Assembly: GCF_002289455.1 (NCBI RefSeq)
Contig: NZ_NTFS01000032.1
Span: forward strand, 5,174 to 29,173
Source: Brunnivagina elsteri CCALA 953
GTDB taxonomy: Bacteria; Cyanobacteriota; Cyanobacteriia; Cyanobacteriales; Nostocaceae
Reading direction: 5' to 3'
DNA: 24,000 nucleotides
The position numbers were made by a program, and so were the translations under genes. The notes under the pieces were generated by a model. It worked only from the letters and a program-made list of their open reading frames with translations. It had not been told where the DNA came from and made no database searches. Shown in pieces: positions 5,589-13,986 of this stretch (its first letter is position 1; each line of letters begins with the position of its first letter).

Positions 5589-8216
5589 TCAAGACTTAGT
5601 AATGACAGCTTTCAATTGAATCAAATCTTTAGGGGTTAAAGTGCTGGTTTCCCAGTTACCCCACTCAATCAAGAAAGTATCTCCTTCCAAATCGCATTCA
5701 GTAACCTTGATTACAATCCCATCTTTTAATTCACAACCGTGACCAACCCCCTTTTCTAAATGAATCACATCACCCTTTTGGGGTTGAACATATTTGTAAA
5801 CTGGTGAGAATAAATCGTCCAGATTTGCGCTAAAGGGTTTACAAAAATTATTTAGGGGTTTACAAGATTCGTTCTCTTCATTTGTTAATTCACTTGTACT
5901 ATTTGCATTATTTAGGGGGGGTGTATCACTGAGGTGTATCAGGGGTGTATCAGAAACTAATACTTGCTGTGTAATACTTTCAGGCGTTTTTTCTTCAAGT
6001 GATACACCTGATACACCTTTTTCTATAAAAGGTTGATTTAATTCATTAATACTGAAATTAGATGTATCTTTTTTGTCTTCAGTACATGGTGTAGCTACCT
6101 CTTCCACAACCATTAAGCCATTTATGGTAGACACGGGTACTATTTTCCCCGTAGTCATTGTGTCACTTATCGAACATGGGATATTCAGTATTATTGATTT
6201 ATTTTCAGAAGTTTGGGAAAAAGGTGTATCAGGTGTATCACTATTAGTTGTAATGCTTGCTGCGTCTACGTTTGAACCCTGATACACCTCCTGATACACC
6301 CCCTGATACACCTCTAAAATATTTTCATTATTAATTTTTGGTGTCCAAACAAAAGTTCTAACCCCGTGTCGCATCTGTAGACTACTTGATTTAACCCAAC
6401 CGAGTGCTTTAAGAGCGTCGGAAGCTCTCATTTGTTCACGTTTACCCTGGTTTGCGGGTAAGATGTTCATTACCAGTGTGAGTATTTCCGCAATCGTTGT
6501 ATCCTTCAGCTTGCCCAATTCAATTGCTTGGGATATTACATCTGTCCACGAATCTTCCACAGTGTGCTGGACATTTAGTTGCTTCTGTTGAATTCCTTCC
6601 ATTGGGGTTAACCAGGAATTATATTGTTCACCACGTTTGTAGAGTTTCACCGCAGCAGACCAAATTAAATCTCGCTCTAGGATTAAAGTTTCGACAGGTA
6701 TTGTTTTTAAAACAGGGATTACCCAAAAACGCCTGTTGCCTTCAGGGTCATTCAAAAATTGATTTTGGTTCACTGTCCCTACAAAAGCACTCATTCTGGG
6801 GAAAGTTTCTATTTTTCGCCCATAAGGTGGTCTAAGCTTGTCGTGTTTGGTTGTCAATAAGTTGCGAAGTGTTGCCACATCATTTTTGCGGAACACAACT
6901 TCAATTTCACTTAAATCAATAATCCAAGCTGCACGTAGTTTTAGTTTGTCATCTTTATCGCTACCCCCCACAGCAACTTCTGCGTCATACCAAGATTTAT
7001 AGGGAACAAGGTTTTCCCAAAATTTACTTTTATTGATGCCCTGATGACCTTGCAACACGCAGGCTGTATCGTGCTGACCCCCTGGTTCATATATACGTTT
7101 GACTAAACCAACCAATGTTTTTTTGAGGTAAGTGTTGTACAAAGGTTCGCTTGTTCCGAAATACCGTTCTGCAATATTATCCAATAAATTTTCGTTAACA
7201 TCGGGGTTCTGCCGTTCAACAGACTCAAGGTACGTTCTTACAGGGTGGTATGTTTGCTTTCTAGCTAAATAAGCGATTTTACGGGCAATTTCTTCATTTT
7301 TACCTCCATCATAATCAAATACATCAATCATCCACTCCTTAGCTCGTTCTACGTCAAGAACTTGGGTGTCATACTCAACCTCTAAAGTCATCTCATTAAA
7401 TTTAAGTTGACCACCAAAAATGTCATGAAAAGCTTGTTGCTGTTCCCTTGGGGATAATTCTTCGTCACCACCTTTTTTCGATTTGGGTCTACCACGTTTG
7501 CGATCAGAAGTTTTATATTCAGGGTTCTCATTCCGGCTCACCGTGTTTTGTATGTCAGAAGATGCACCATAAGCACGATTAAGGCTAGAAATATCAACCA
7601 TTTGGGGTAGTACCTCTTCAATAAATTTATTAGCACCAAAATGTAAAATAAAGTCGTCAATTCCTTTTGTGGAAACTTCACCATCACACGCTTCCCATTT
7701 ACCCGAAATGCTGTAAACCGGGTTGTTAGGGCTATGTAGCGCTTTAGCTAATGTTAATTCTGCTAATTTTACCGGGTGTTTTGTTGCAGCGTCGGCATCA
7801 AATCCAATAATGAAACCGAAATTTGCATCTTTAAACTTTTGTAAAGTCTTGGTAAGCTCCCGTTCTTTGGTGTGATTCTCGTGGCTGCTTAACCCTTGCT
7901 CAACACCCGGTAAACTCACACACGGCATTCCTGAATGAAGCGCTACAATCGCCTTCCAAAGTCCTTCTGTAACCAACAAACAAGGGATACCATCAACATG
8001 TATGCAAAATTTCTTTACCTTTTCCAAATCAGCCCAAAAGTTGATATCGCCTGGATGTCGGGGTAATGTTGCGTCATATTGAGCAATTTTCTTTTTAGAA
8101 GGAGATTGGTACTTTCTGATCCGTTTAGTGCCGTCATCCCTTAAGTCGGTATGTGGGAAGTCGGGCATTAATTGCGGATACCCGTCAGCACCCGTTAACC
8201 AAACACCCCCACCCAA
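5589..8216 (-). CDS. Primase/helicase-type replication protein: N-terminal Toprim (DUF3854-like) domain plus a VirE/P4-alpha-like P-loop NTPase domain. The start is unresolved (see findings).
   Basis: Toprim-like residues are LLVTEGLWKAIVA ... GFIIGFDADAATK. The VirE-type block is ACVLQGHQGINKSKFWENL (Walker A-like) ... AAWIIDLSEIE (Walker B-like) ... GTVNQNQFLNDPEGNRRFWVIPV. The frame stays open upstream of the TTG at 8216 as far as 8456. Confidence 0.8.
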   Translation of the reverse strand: MGGGVWLTGADGYPQLMPDFPHTDLRDDGTKRIRKYQSPSKKKIAQYDATLPRHPGDINFWADLEKVKKFCIHVDGIPCLLVTEGLWKAIVALHSGMPCVSLPGVEQGLSSHENHTKERELTKTLQKFKDANFGFIIGFDADAATKHPVKLAELTLAKALHSPNNPVYSISGKWEACDGEVSTKGIDDFILHFGANKFIEEVLPQMVDISSLNRAYGASSDIQNTVSRNENPEYKTSDRKRGRPKSKKGGDEELSPREQQQAFHDIFGGQLKFNEMTLEVEYDTQVLDVERAKEWMIDVFDYDGGKNEEIARKIAYLARKQTYHPVRTYLESVERQNPDVNENLLDNIAERYFGTSEPLYNTYLKKTLVGLVKRIYEPGGQHDTACVLQGHQGINKSKFWENLVPYKSWYDAEVAVGGSDKDDKLKLRAAWIIDLSEIEVVFRKNDVATLRNLLTTKHDKLRPPYGRKIETFPRMSAFVGTVNQNQFLNDPEGNRRFWVIPVLKTIPVETLILERDLIWSAAVKLYKRGEQYNSWLTPMEGIQQKQLNVQHTVEDSWTDVISQAIELGKLKDTTIAEILTLVMNILPANQGKREQMRASDALKALGWVKSSSLQMRHGVRTFVWTPKINNENILEVYQGVYQEVYQGSNVDAASITTNSDTPDTPFSQTSENKSIILNIPCSISDTMTTGKIVPVSTINGLMVVEEVATPCTEDKKDTSNFSINELNQPFIEKGVSGVSLEEKTPESITQQVLVSDTPLIHLSDTPPLNNANSTSELTNEENESCKPLNNFCKPFSANLDDLFSPVYKYVQPQKGDVIHLEKGVGHGCELKDGIVIKVTECDLEGDTFLIEWGNWETSTLTPKDLIQLKAVITKS
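5920..6312. repeat. Ten copies of the 9-mer GGTGTATCA in alternating orientation blocks (FFF RR FF RRR) inside the primase/helicase gene
   Basis: Forward copies are at 5920, 5933, 5944, 6223 and 6232. Reverse copies (TGATACACC) are at 6000, 6009, 6280, 6292 and 6304. All ten are exact. Confidence 0.85.
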
Positions 8217-8807
8217 TTGCGGACTTTTAGTAAATGCTGACGCTTCAAATTTATCAACAGAATAACAATTGTGTAGAACCCACTCTTCAGGTATTTTGCC
8301 TTGAAACCTTTCTATAACTAGCTTTTGGTGATGCTCTGCGGTTAAGCGGGGTACTTCTTTTTCAAATCTTTTTCTATAATGAAAAATTTCACTATCCCAA
8401 TTCCAATCCTCTTCCTTAAAAAACTCCCCTAATTTAATTTTTAGTGAATACTCACTTTATTGAGTACTCGTATTATTTGGTAGAGACTTCTTGAAACGCT
8501 TGTTAGGTACGAGTTGAGTTGTTGGGTATTCACTTTGTTGAGTATTGTTTACTGCCGATGTGTTAGACTCACAATCAGAAGTGGTCTGATTTTTGGCGAA
8601 ATCATTGACTGTTGAAGTATTTAATTCCATAATTTAGATATGTTTTATTTTTGAATCCCCTGTTTTGGTATGTAAACGGAAAGCCAACTCAGGGGGTTTT
8701 ACTTTTTGAAGCTAACAGGCACTAAATTTTTGGCACGAATCGCTAACCTCGGATGGTTTAATTAGTGCGATCGCTTTTTCATAGCACCCAAAATTTTGTA
8801 AACCTAT

Positions 8808-9995
8808 TTACAAGTTCGGTACTTTTGTGTTTGGTGTAATGCCTGCGTAGTGCTTATAAATGACTTCGGGTGAATTCCCTACCCAACTTGCAACGGTTTG
8901 CACTGGGATACCTTTTGAAAGGCACATAGTTATGAATGAATGTCTAGCGTTGTATGGAACTCGATAACGCTGCACTAGCCCCTTTTCCACAAGACTCGTG
9001 ACGATTCCTGGTATAAACTCCCCACGATTGTCATAACCTCGCCAGATACGAGTAAAACCACTAATTTTTATCTCTTTATGGTCAGTATGAGAAGGAAAAA
9101 CAAGCCAATTTTTGTTATATTCTTGGGTTCTACGGTTCAATAGCAACGTTTTTAGCTGCTCATTACAAGGAAACCTACGAAATTCATCAGTTTTCGTGCT
9201 TTTACGTCCATATAAATGTGAATATGACTCACGAAATGTAATCTCGGTGCAATCTGCGTTAATGTGTTCCCATTTAAGTGCGATCGCTTCTCCAATTCGG
9301 CAACCACTAAAAAATAGAAACTTTACAAAATCTGCATAACCCTTGTATAAAGTGTCAGATTCAAAAGCTGAAATTATCGCATCACGTTCTTGGGCTGTAA
9401 AAGGGTCAATTTTGCTCGTGTCCCACCTTTTAACTTTGATATCCGAACCCAAGTCAGTAAATGGGTTTTTTGTGATTAAGCCTGATTTTAAACCCCATAC
9501 ACAGCAAGCATTAATCTGCATTAGCAGTCTTTTCGTTGTCTTAGGGCTGTAATTTGCAACCAAATAGTCACGAATTACGATCGCACTACCTAAATCTTTG
9601 CTAGGTAACGCATTGATAATATTTTTGTATCTATTCTGAAAATCTTTGGTAAAAGTGGTATTTGCTAGTTGAGATTGTTTGAAGTCACAATACTTGTCCC
9701 ACAATTCAACTAAATCAAGACTTTTAACTTTTTGGCGAATCCTTCTTTGGTTAGTATGTAAGTCGGACAACGCATCTTTATAGATTTGTAGTGTTTGGTC
9801 AAAGCAACCGGATTCAGCGTCAGATTCAATAACTAATGCGACACTTTGCACCCTTCTTAAGTTATATGCCGTTGCTTCTAAACCGGAATAGATATATACC
9901 TGTTCTCCACACGTAAATCCACGAGGTAGACGTAAACGCCACCTGTTTTTGTAGGCAACAATGGTAACTTTTTTAATTACTCTTTGTACGTGCAT
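8808..9995 (-). CDS. Tyrosine recombinase / phage-type integrase with a DUF3596-like N-terminal arm-binding domain
   Basis: The N-terminus VTIVAYKNRWRLRLPRG...SGCFDQTLQIYK matches the pattern common in cyanobacterial integrases. The catalytic region has GCRIGEAIALKWEHI (Arg), ARHSFITMCL (His-x-x-Arg) and VIYKHYAG (Tyr). Confidence 0.9.
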   Translation of the reverse strand: MHVQRVIKKVTIVAYKNRWRLRLPRGFTCGEQVYIYSGLEATAYNLRRVQSVALVIESDAESGCFDQTLQIYKDALSDLHTNQRRIRQKVKSLDLVELWDKYCDFKQSQLANTTFTKDFQNRYKNIINALPSKDLGSAIVIRDYLVANYSPKTTKRLLMQINACCVWGLKSGLITKNPFTDLGSDIKVKRWDTSKIDPFTAQERDAIISAFESDTLYKGYADFVKFLFFSGCRIGEAIALKWEHINADCTEITFRESYSHLYGRKSTKTDEFRRFPCNEQLKTLLLNRRTQEYNKNWLVFPSHTDHKEIKISGFTRIWRGYDNRGEFIPGIVTSLVEKGLVQRYRVPYNARHSFITMCLSKGIPVQTVASWVGNSPEVIYKHYAGITPNTKVPNL

Positions 9996-10082
9996 ATACT
10001 AAAACTCACCTAGCACCTCAAGTGCAATAACATAGGCGAGAATAGTAAATTAAAGGGATGTCAATGGTTGTGTATGTAGTGA

Positions 10083-10150
10083 GAACCCCCGTTGGCTTGC
10101 ACCAAAACGCATTTCGAGTGCGTCACCATCAACCACTCGGACACCTCTCC
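10083..10150 (-). tRNA. tRNA-Ser(CGA), 5' 68 nt only. The gene breaks inside the T-loop at the element junction.
   Basis: The minus strand reads GGAGAGGTGTCCGAGTGGTTGATGGTGACGCACTCGAAATGCGTTTTGGTGCAAGCCAACGGGGGTTC. It has the acceptor 5' half, a D-arm, the anticodon stem ACGCA/TGCGT with loop CTCGAAA, and a long variable arm TTGG..CCAA. The T-stem 5' half GGGGG and TTC are present. No CCCCC or acceptor 3' half follows. Confidence 0.7.
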
Positions 10151-10342
10151 AGGCTTTTTTATTTTCCAGACTTCAATAAAACCATCACTTGTTAAAACAT
10201 AACATTATATCACGACTTTTTATATACATAAAACAAAAATTTCTCTGTCTTTACCAAAAATACACCTTTTGACAGAGGTTCATTTGTTCGTGTAAATCGT
10301 TTTGTGGGTATATAACCAATTAACCATTTACTCTTCATTTGG

Positions 10343-10432
10343 CGCGATCGCATCAGATAAATTTTTTACAGGTAAAGACTTGATGATGTTGTAATACCTG
10401 CTTTGAAAGTCTTTGCAATAAGTACTAAGAGT
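10343..10432 (-). pseudogene. Fragment of a second, diverged DUF3596-type integrase gene
   Basis: The translation ..STYCKDFQSRYYNIIKSLPVKNLSDAI aligns with residues TTFTKDFQNRYKNIINALPSKDLGSAI of the intact integrase. It is truncated on both sides, and a MITE-like repeat abuts one end. Confidence 0.65.
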
Positions 10433-10516
10433 AAGCCACAAAATGAATGATCCTGTGTTGTCATGCTGTAGCAAGCTACAGAATGACCGAAGAGCATTTA
10501 TTTCTGTGGAGTTCTC
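10429..10516. mobile_element. MITE-like repeat unit, same family as 18180-18784
   Basis: gagtaagccacaaaatgaatgatcctgtgttgtcatgctgtagc... matches the terminal repeat at 18180 and, in reverse complement, those at 18683 and 18784. Its right half matches the reverse complement of 18505-18552. Confidence 0.7.
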
Positions 10517-10580
10517 CAAAATCACTTGTTTATCGGTTCGCAGTCCAGAATGTATCTAAAATCCAAAATCTAAAATCTCT

Positions 10581-11978
10581 CTAACCAACTTCTCCCCCAA
10601 CAACAACATCACGTATTCTTAAACTTGGTCCCCCGCAACCCACAGGTAGACCATTCTGTCCACCTTTACCACAACCTCCCGACTCATCCCAATAAAAATC
10701 ATTGCCAATTCCTTCAATATCTGCCAGAGTCTGAAACACATTCCCCGATAGGGTGACATCTTTTACAGGTTCGCATATCTTGCCATTGCGAATCATCCAT
10801 GCTTCCCCAGCACTAAATGTAAACATTTCCCCATTCGTCATCCCACCCAGCCAATTCCGGGCATATACTCCTTCTTTAATGTCGGTAAACAAGTCCTCAA
10901 CGCTCGTTTTCCCCCGTTCAATCCAGGTATTTGTCATCCTGACAATGGGCATATGGTGATAATTTAGACACCTAGCATTCCCAGTTGGTGTTTCTGCTAG
11001 TTTTCCCGCAGTCTCTCGCGAATGTAACCTTCCCACCAAAACACCATCTTTAATTAATTGCGTGGTTGTCGCAGGTGTACCTTCATCATCGTAAAAATAA
11101 CTACCACGATGACCAACTGGAGCAGCACCGTCGAAAATCTGTAATTCTTCATTCCCAAAACGTCTTCCCAGAGCCATGACTTCGAGTAAGTCGGGATTTT
11201 CGTATGCCATGTCGGCTTCTGAGAGGTGTCCAAAAGCCTCATGGACAAATAAACCTGTCAAAATGGGGTCAATTACCACCGTATAGGTATTACCCTTGAC
11301 GGAGGGCAAAGATAAAGCGGAAATAGCTCGTTGTGCTGCGCTTTTAACTTGCTGATCCAATCCGATTAAATCTTCAAAAGCTTTGCGTGAACCCGTGGTT
11401 TCCCTTCCTGTTTGTACCATTTCGCCATTTTTTGCGGTTGCGGCAAAACGCATTTCCATATCTACCCAGGATTGTTCGATCAAAGTACCTTCGTTAGTGG
11501 CGATGATAACTCGTTGAGTGCTATCGGCATAGCGAACCGAAGTTGTGGTGATACGTCCATCTACACTTTTGAGGAGGTCAGTATAAAAGTCGCATAATTG
11601 TTTCTTTTGTAACAAAGGAATTTTTCGAGGGTCAGTTCCCGTTAATGGTAATTTGCAGATTGCTTGGACTGGGTTGATTGGTGCGAGTATAGTTTCTTCT
11701 TCTCCAACCATCCGTGCTGCTGCGATCGCTTCTTCAATCCGATCTATAATGGTTATCAAATTGTTAAAACTACTGAGTCCCCAGCCACCTTTATGACAAG
11801 CGCGAATATGTCCACCTATGGAAATGCCTTCGCTGAGGGTTTCTACTGTGTCTCCACGTAGTAATATATCGGTTCCTTCTGCTTCTTCGAGACGAATCAT
11901 TAAATAATCGACATGGGAAGAGTAGCGGGAAATCAGTTCGGAAAGTAGGTTTTGTGTGTCAGCGAATTGAGTCACCAT
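10581..11978 (-). CDS. tldD: TldD-family metalloprotease
   Basis: HEAFGHLSEAD (HExxxH) motif, with a length and C-terminal GG..GxG pattern typical of TldD/PmbA. The start is taken at ATG 11978 (MVTQF...) rather than the upstream ATG at 12029. Confidence 0.85.
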   Translation of the reverse strand: MVTQFADTQNLLSELISRYSSHVDYLMIRLEEAEGTDILLRGDTVETLSEGISIGGHIRACHKGGWGLSSFNNLITIIDRIEEAIAAARMVGEEETILAPINPVQAICKLPLTGTDPRKIPLLQKKQLCDFYTDLLKSVDGRITTTSVRYADSTQRVIIATNEGTLIEQSWVDMEMRFAATAKNGEMVQTGRETTGSRKAFEDLIGLDQQVKSAAQRAISALSLPSVKGNTYTVVIDPILTGLFVHEAFGHLSEADMAYENPDLLEVMALGRRFGNEELQIFDGAAPVGHRGSYFYDDEGTPATTTQLIKDGVLVGRLHSRETAGKLAETPTGNARCLNYHHMPIVRMTNTWIERGKTSVEDLFTDIKEGVYARNWLGGMTNGEMFTFSAGEAWMIRNGKICEPVKDVTLSGNVFQTLADIEGIGNDFYWDESGGCGKGGQNGLPVGCGGPSLRIRDVVVGGEVG

Positions 11979-12117
11979 TGTTGCTGTTGATTGGAAGAAC
12001 CATATATTATTTAACCCTATAAAATACATGATAAATTCATTGAATATTATACCCGGATGACTAACTAACGTTCTACAATTATTATTTCCCTACGCAAAAT
12101 TCCGGGGTGAGTGAGTG

Positions 12118-13788
12118 ATGCGAAATCTGCGGCAAGCTATGCGATCGCAAATCAAAGATGAATTGTCAAAAATCCCCAGTGGAAAATTTAGGTCGGATTT
12201 AGCAATTGGAGCGGTTTTACCTATTGCCGCAATCTTTTTTACTTTATGTCTCATCTTGGCATTACACCGTTATTTCAGCTTTTACGCTTCATTTGACCAA
12301 GGTATATTTAACCAGGTTTTCTGGAATAATTCACATGGTCGTTTTTTCCAAAGTTCCTTATCCTCCAGTCTCTCTACAAATGTCGTCCATGCTGGTGAAA
12401 TTCCCACGGTTTTCTATCATCGACTAGGGCAACATTTTACACCTGCATTGTTGCTTTGGTCGCCAATATATGCATTATTCCCCTCACCAGCAACGCTAAC
12501 AGTGTTACAAGTGACACTCATTACAATGGCGGGTATTGTTCTTTACATATTGGCAAGACAATATTTAGAACCGCGATTAGCTGTAATGATTTCTGCCAGC
12601 TTTTATGCGGCAAATGCGGTAATTGGTCCAACTCTGAGCAACTTCCACGATATCAGCCAAATTCCATTATTTATGTTTACGTTGCTGCTAGCGATGGAGA
12701 AACGCAAATGGTGGCTGTTTTGGTTAATGGCAATATTTATTTTGGCAGTACGGGAAGATGCTGGGGTGGGGTTGTTTGGTGTTGGATTTTATATGATAGC
12801 TAGCAAGCGGTTTCCCCGTGCTGGGTTTGCTACTTGTATCCTCAGTTTTGGCTACATGTTAGCGTTGACCAACCTAATTATGCCGATATTTTCGGCAGAT
12901 ATTTCCAAGCGGTTTATGCTGGAGCGTTTTGGACAATATGCAGACGGGAATGAAGCTTCAACCCTGGAAATTATTTGGGGAATGGTTAGTAATCCTTGGC
13001 GGTTATTTGTAGAATTAGTTACACCATTTGACCGCACAATTCGCTACTTAATTGGTCAATGGTTGCCGCTAGCATTTATACCTGCCATTTCTCCCGCATC
13101 TTGGGCGATCGCAGGTTTTCCTTTGCTAAAATTATTGTTAGGTCAAGGTGAATCTGTACTGGCAATTACGATTCGCTATGCTTTGACGGTTGTACCTGGT
13201 TTGTTCTACGGTGGGATATTATGGTGGTCAGAGCATCCCAAAAGCTTTAAACCAAGATTTCGTCGTTTTTGGATTGGTTGTATTTGTGTTTCCCTAATTC
13301 TCAGCTTTACATCCAACCCCAATCGGACATTTTATTTTGCGATTCCCGACTCTGTAAAACCTTGGGTACATGTCACTTTAGCGCAACAATGGAGTCATGT
13401 ATCTCAACTTCGTCCGTTAATCGGGCAAATTCCCCCCAATGCGAGTGTTTCCGCTACTACTTACTTAGTGCCCCATCTTTCCAGTCGTCGCGAAATTTTA
13501 CGTCTACCTAGTTTGGAATTGCGAAACGATAGACGGGAAGTTGTAAAGGTAGAATATGCGATCGCAGATTTGTGGCAGTTGCAGCGATATCAACCCGCAT
13601 TTAAGGGAGATGGAAGTCAATTGCGAGATTTTATTAAGTTGGTTAATGAATTAACTAATAAAGGCGAATATGGTATAAAAGGATTTACTGATGGGGTTGT
13701 TCTCCTTCAGAAAGGTGTTAATTCCGATTCCCAAGCTGCGATTGATTGGAAAAAATGGTCTAATGACGCATTTAGGAATGTGGATTAA
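12118..13788 (+). CDS. Polytopic membrane protein, DUF2079-like
   Basis: There are many hydrophobic segments. The N-terminal motif SFDQGIFNQVFWNNSHGRFF resembles the DUF2079 signature. The ATG at 12118 follows the GTG at 12115. Confidence 0.7.
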   Translation: MRNLRQAMRSQIKDELSKIPSGKFRSDLAIGAVLPIAAIFFTLCLILALHRYFSFYASFDQGIFNQVFWNNSHGRFFQSSLSSSLSTNVVHAGEIPTVFYHRLGQHFTPALLLWSPIYALFPSPATLTVLQVTLITMAGIVLYILARQYLEPRLAVMISASFYAANAVIGPTLSNFHDISQIPLFMFTLLLAMEKRKWWLFWLMAIFILAVREDAGVGLFGVGFYMIASKRFPRAGFATCILSFGYMLALTNLIMPIFSADISKRFMLERFGQYADGNEASTLEIIWGMVSNPWRLFVELVTPFDRTIRYLIGQWLPLAFIPAISPASWAIAGFPLLKLLLGQGESVLAITIRYALTVVPGLFYGGILWWSEHPKSFKPRFRRFWIGCICVSLILSFTSNPNRTFYFAIPDSVKPWVHVTLAQQWSHVSQLRPLIGQIPPNASVSATTYLVPHLSSRREILRLPSLELRNDRREVVKVEYAIADLWQLQRYQPAFKGDGSQLRDFIKLVNELTNKGEYGIKGFTDGVVLLQKGVNSDSQAAIDWKKWSNDAFRNVD

Positions 13789-13986
13789 ATAAAGTACATT
13801 CACTCTTGGTGTGTTAACCTGCGGAATAACACACCATCAAATATTCAAAGTGCTATTTTGTTGTGGACTAAATATCAAAAAATCAAAAATGCCAACTAAC
13901 CTTATTATCAACGTTGCCAAACTCTTATTTTGAGATCGACTTTTAATATTAGGGATAAATTAGCGACTTGTAGAGGTTAGGTACAG

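Noticed and set aside
6073-6835. Plus-strand ORFs (69 and 112 aa) antisense to the primase/helicase gene. The same applies to antisense or alternate-frame ORFs inside the integrase, tldD, DUF2079, GT4, iscB, cysteine desulfurase, lpxB-related and omp85 genes.
   Set aside because: They are shadow ORFs fully embedded in longer genes that have clear domain motifs. None shows an independent signal.
8650-8700. Hairpin cccctg...cagggg between the integrase gene and the primase region, considered as the integrase terminator
   Set aside because: The loop is about 27 nt, and the U-run is on the wrong strand for the integrase transcript. It is too weak to call.
10328-10525. 65-aa ORF listed on the minus strand
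   Set aside because: It is a chimera. Its N-terminal half is MITE sequence and its C-terminal half is the integrase fragment. I called it a pseudogene fragment plus a repeat instead.
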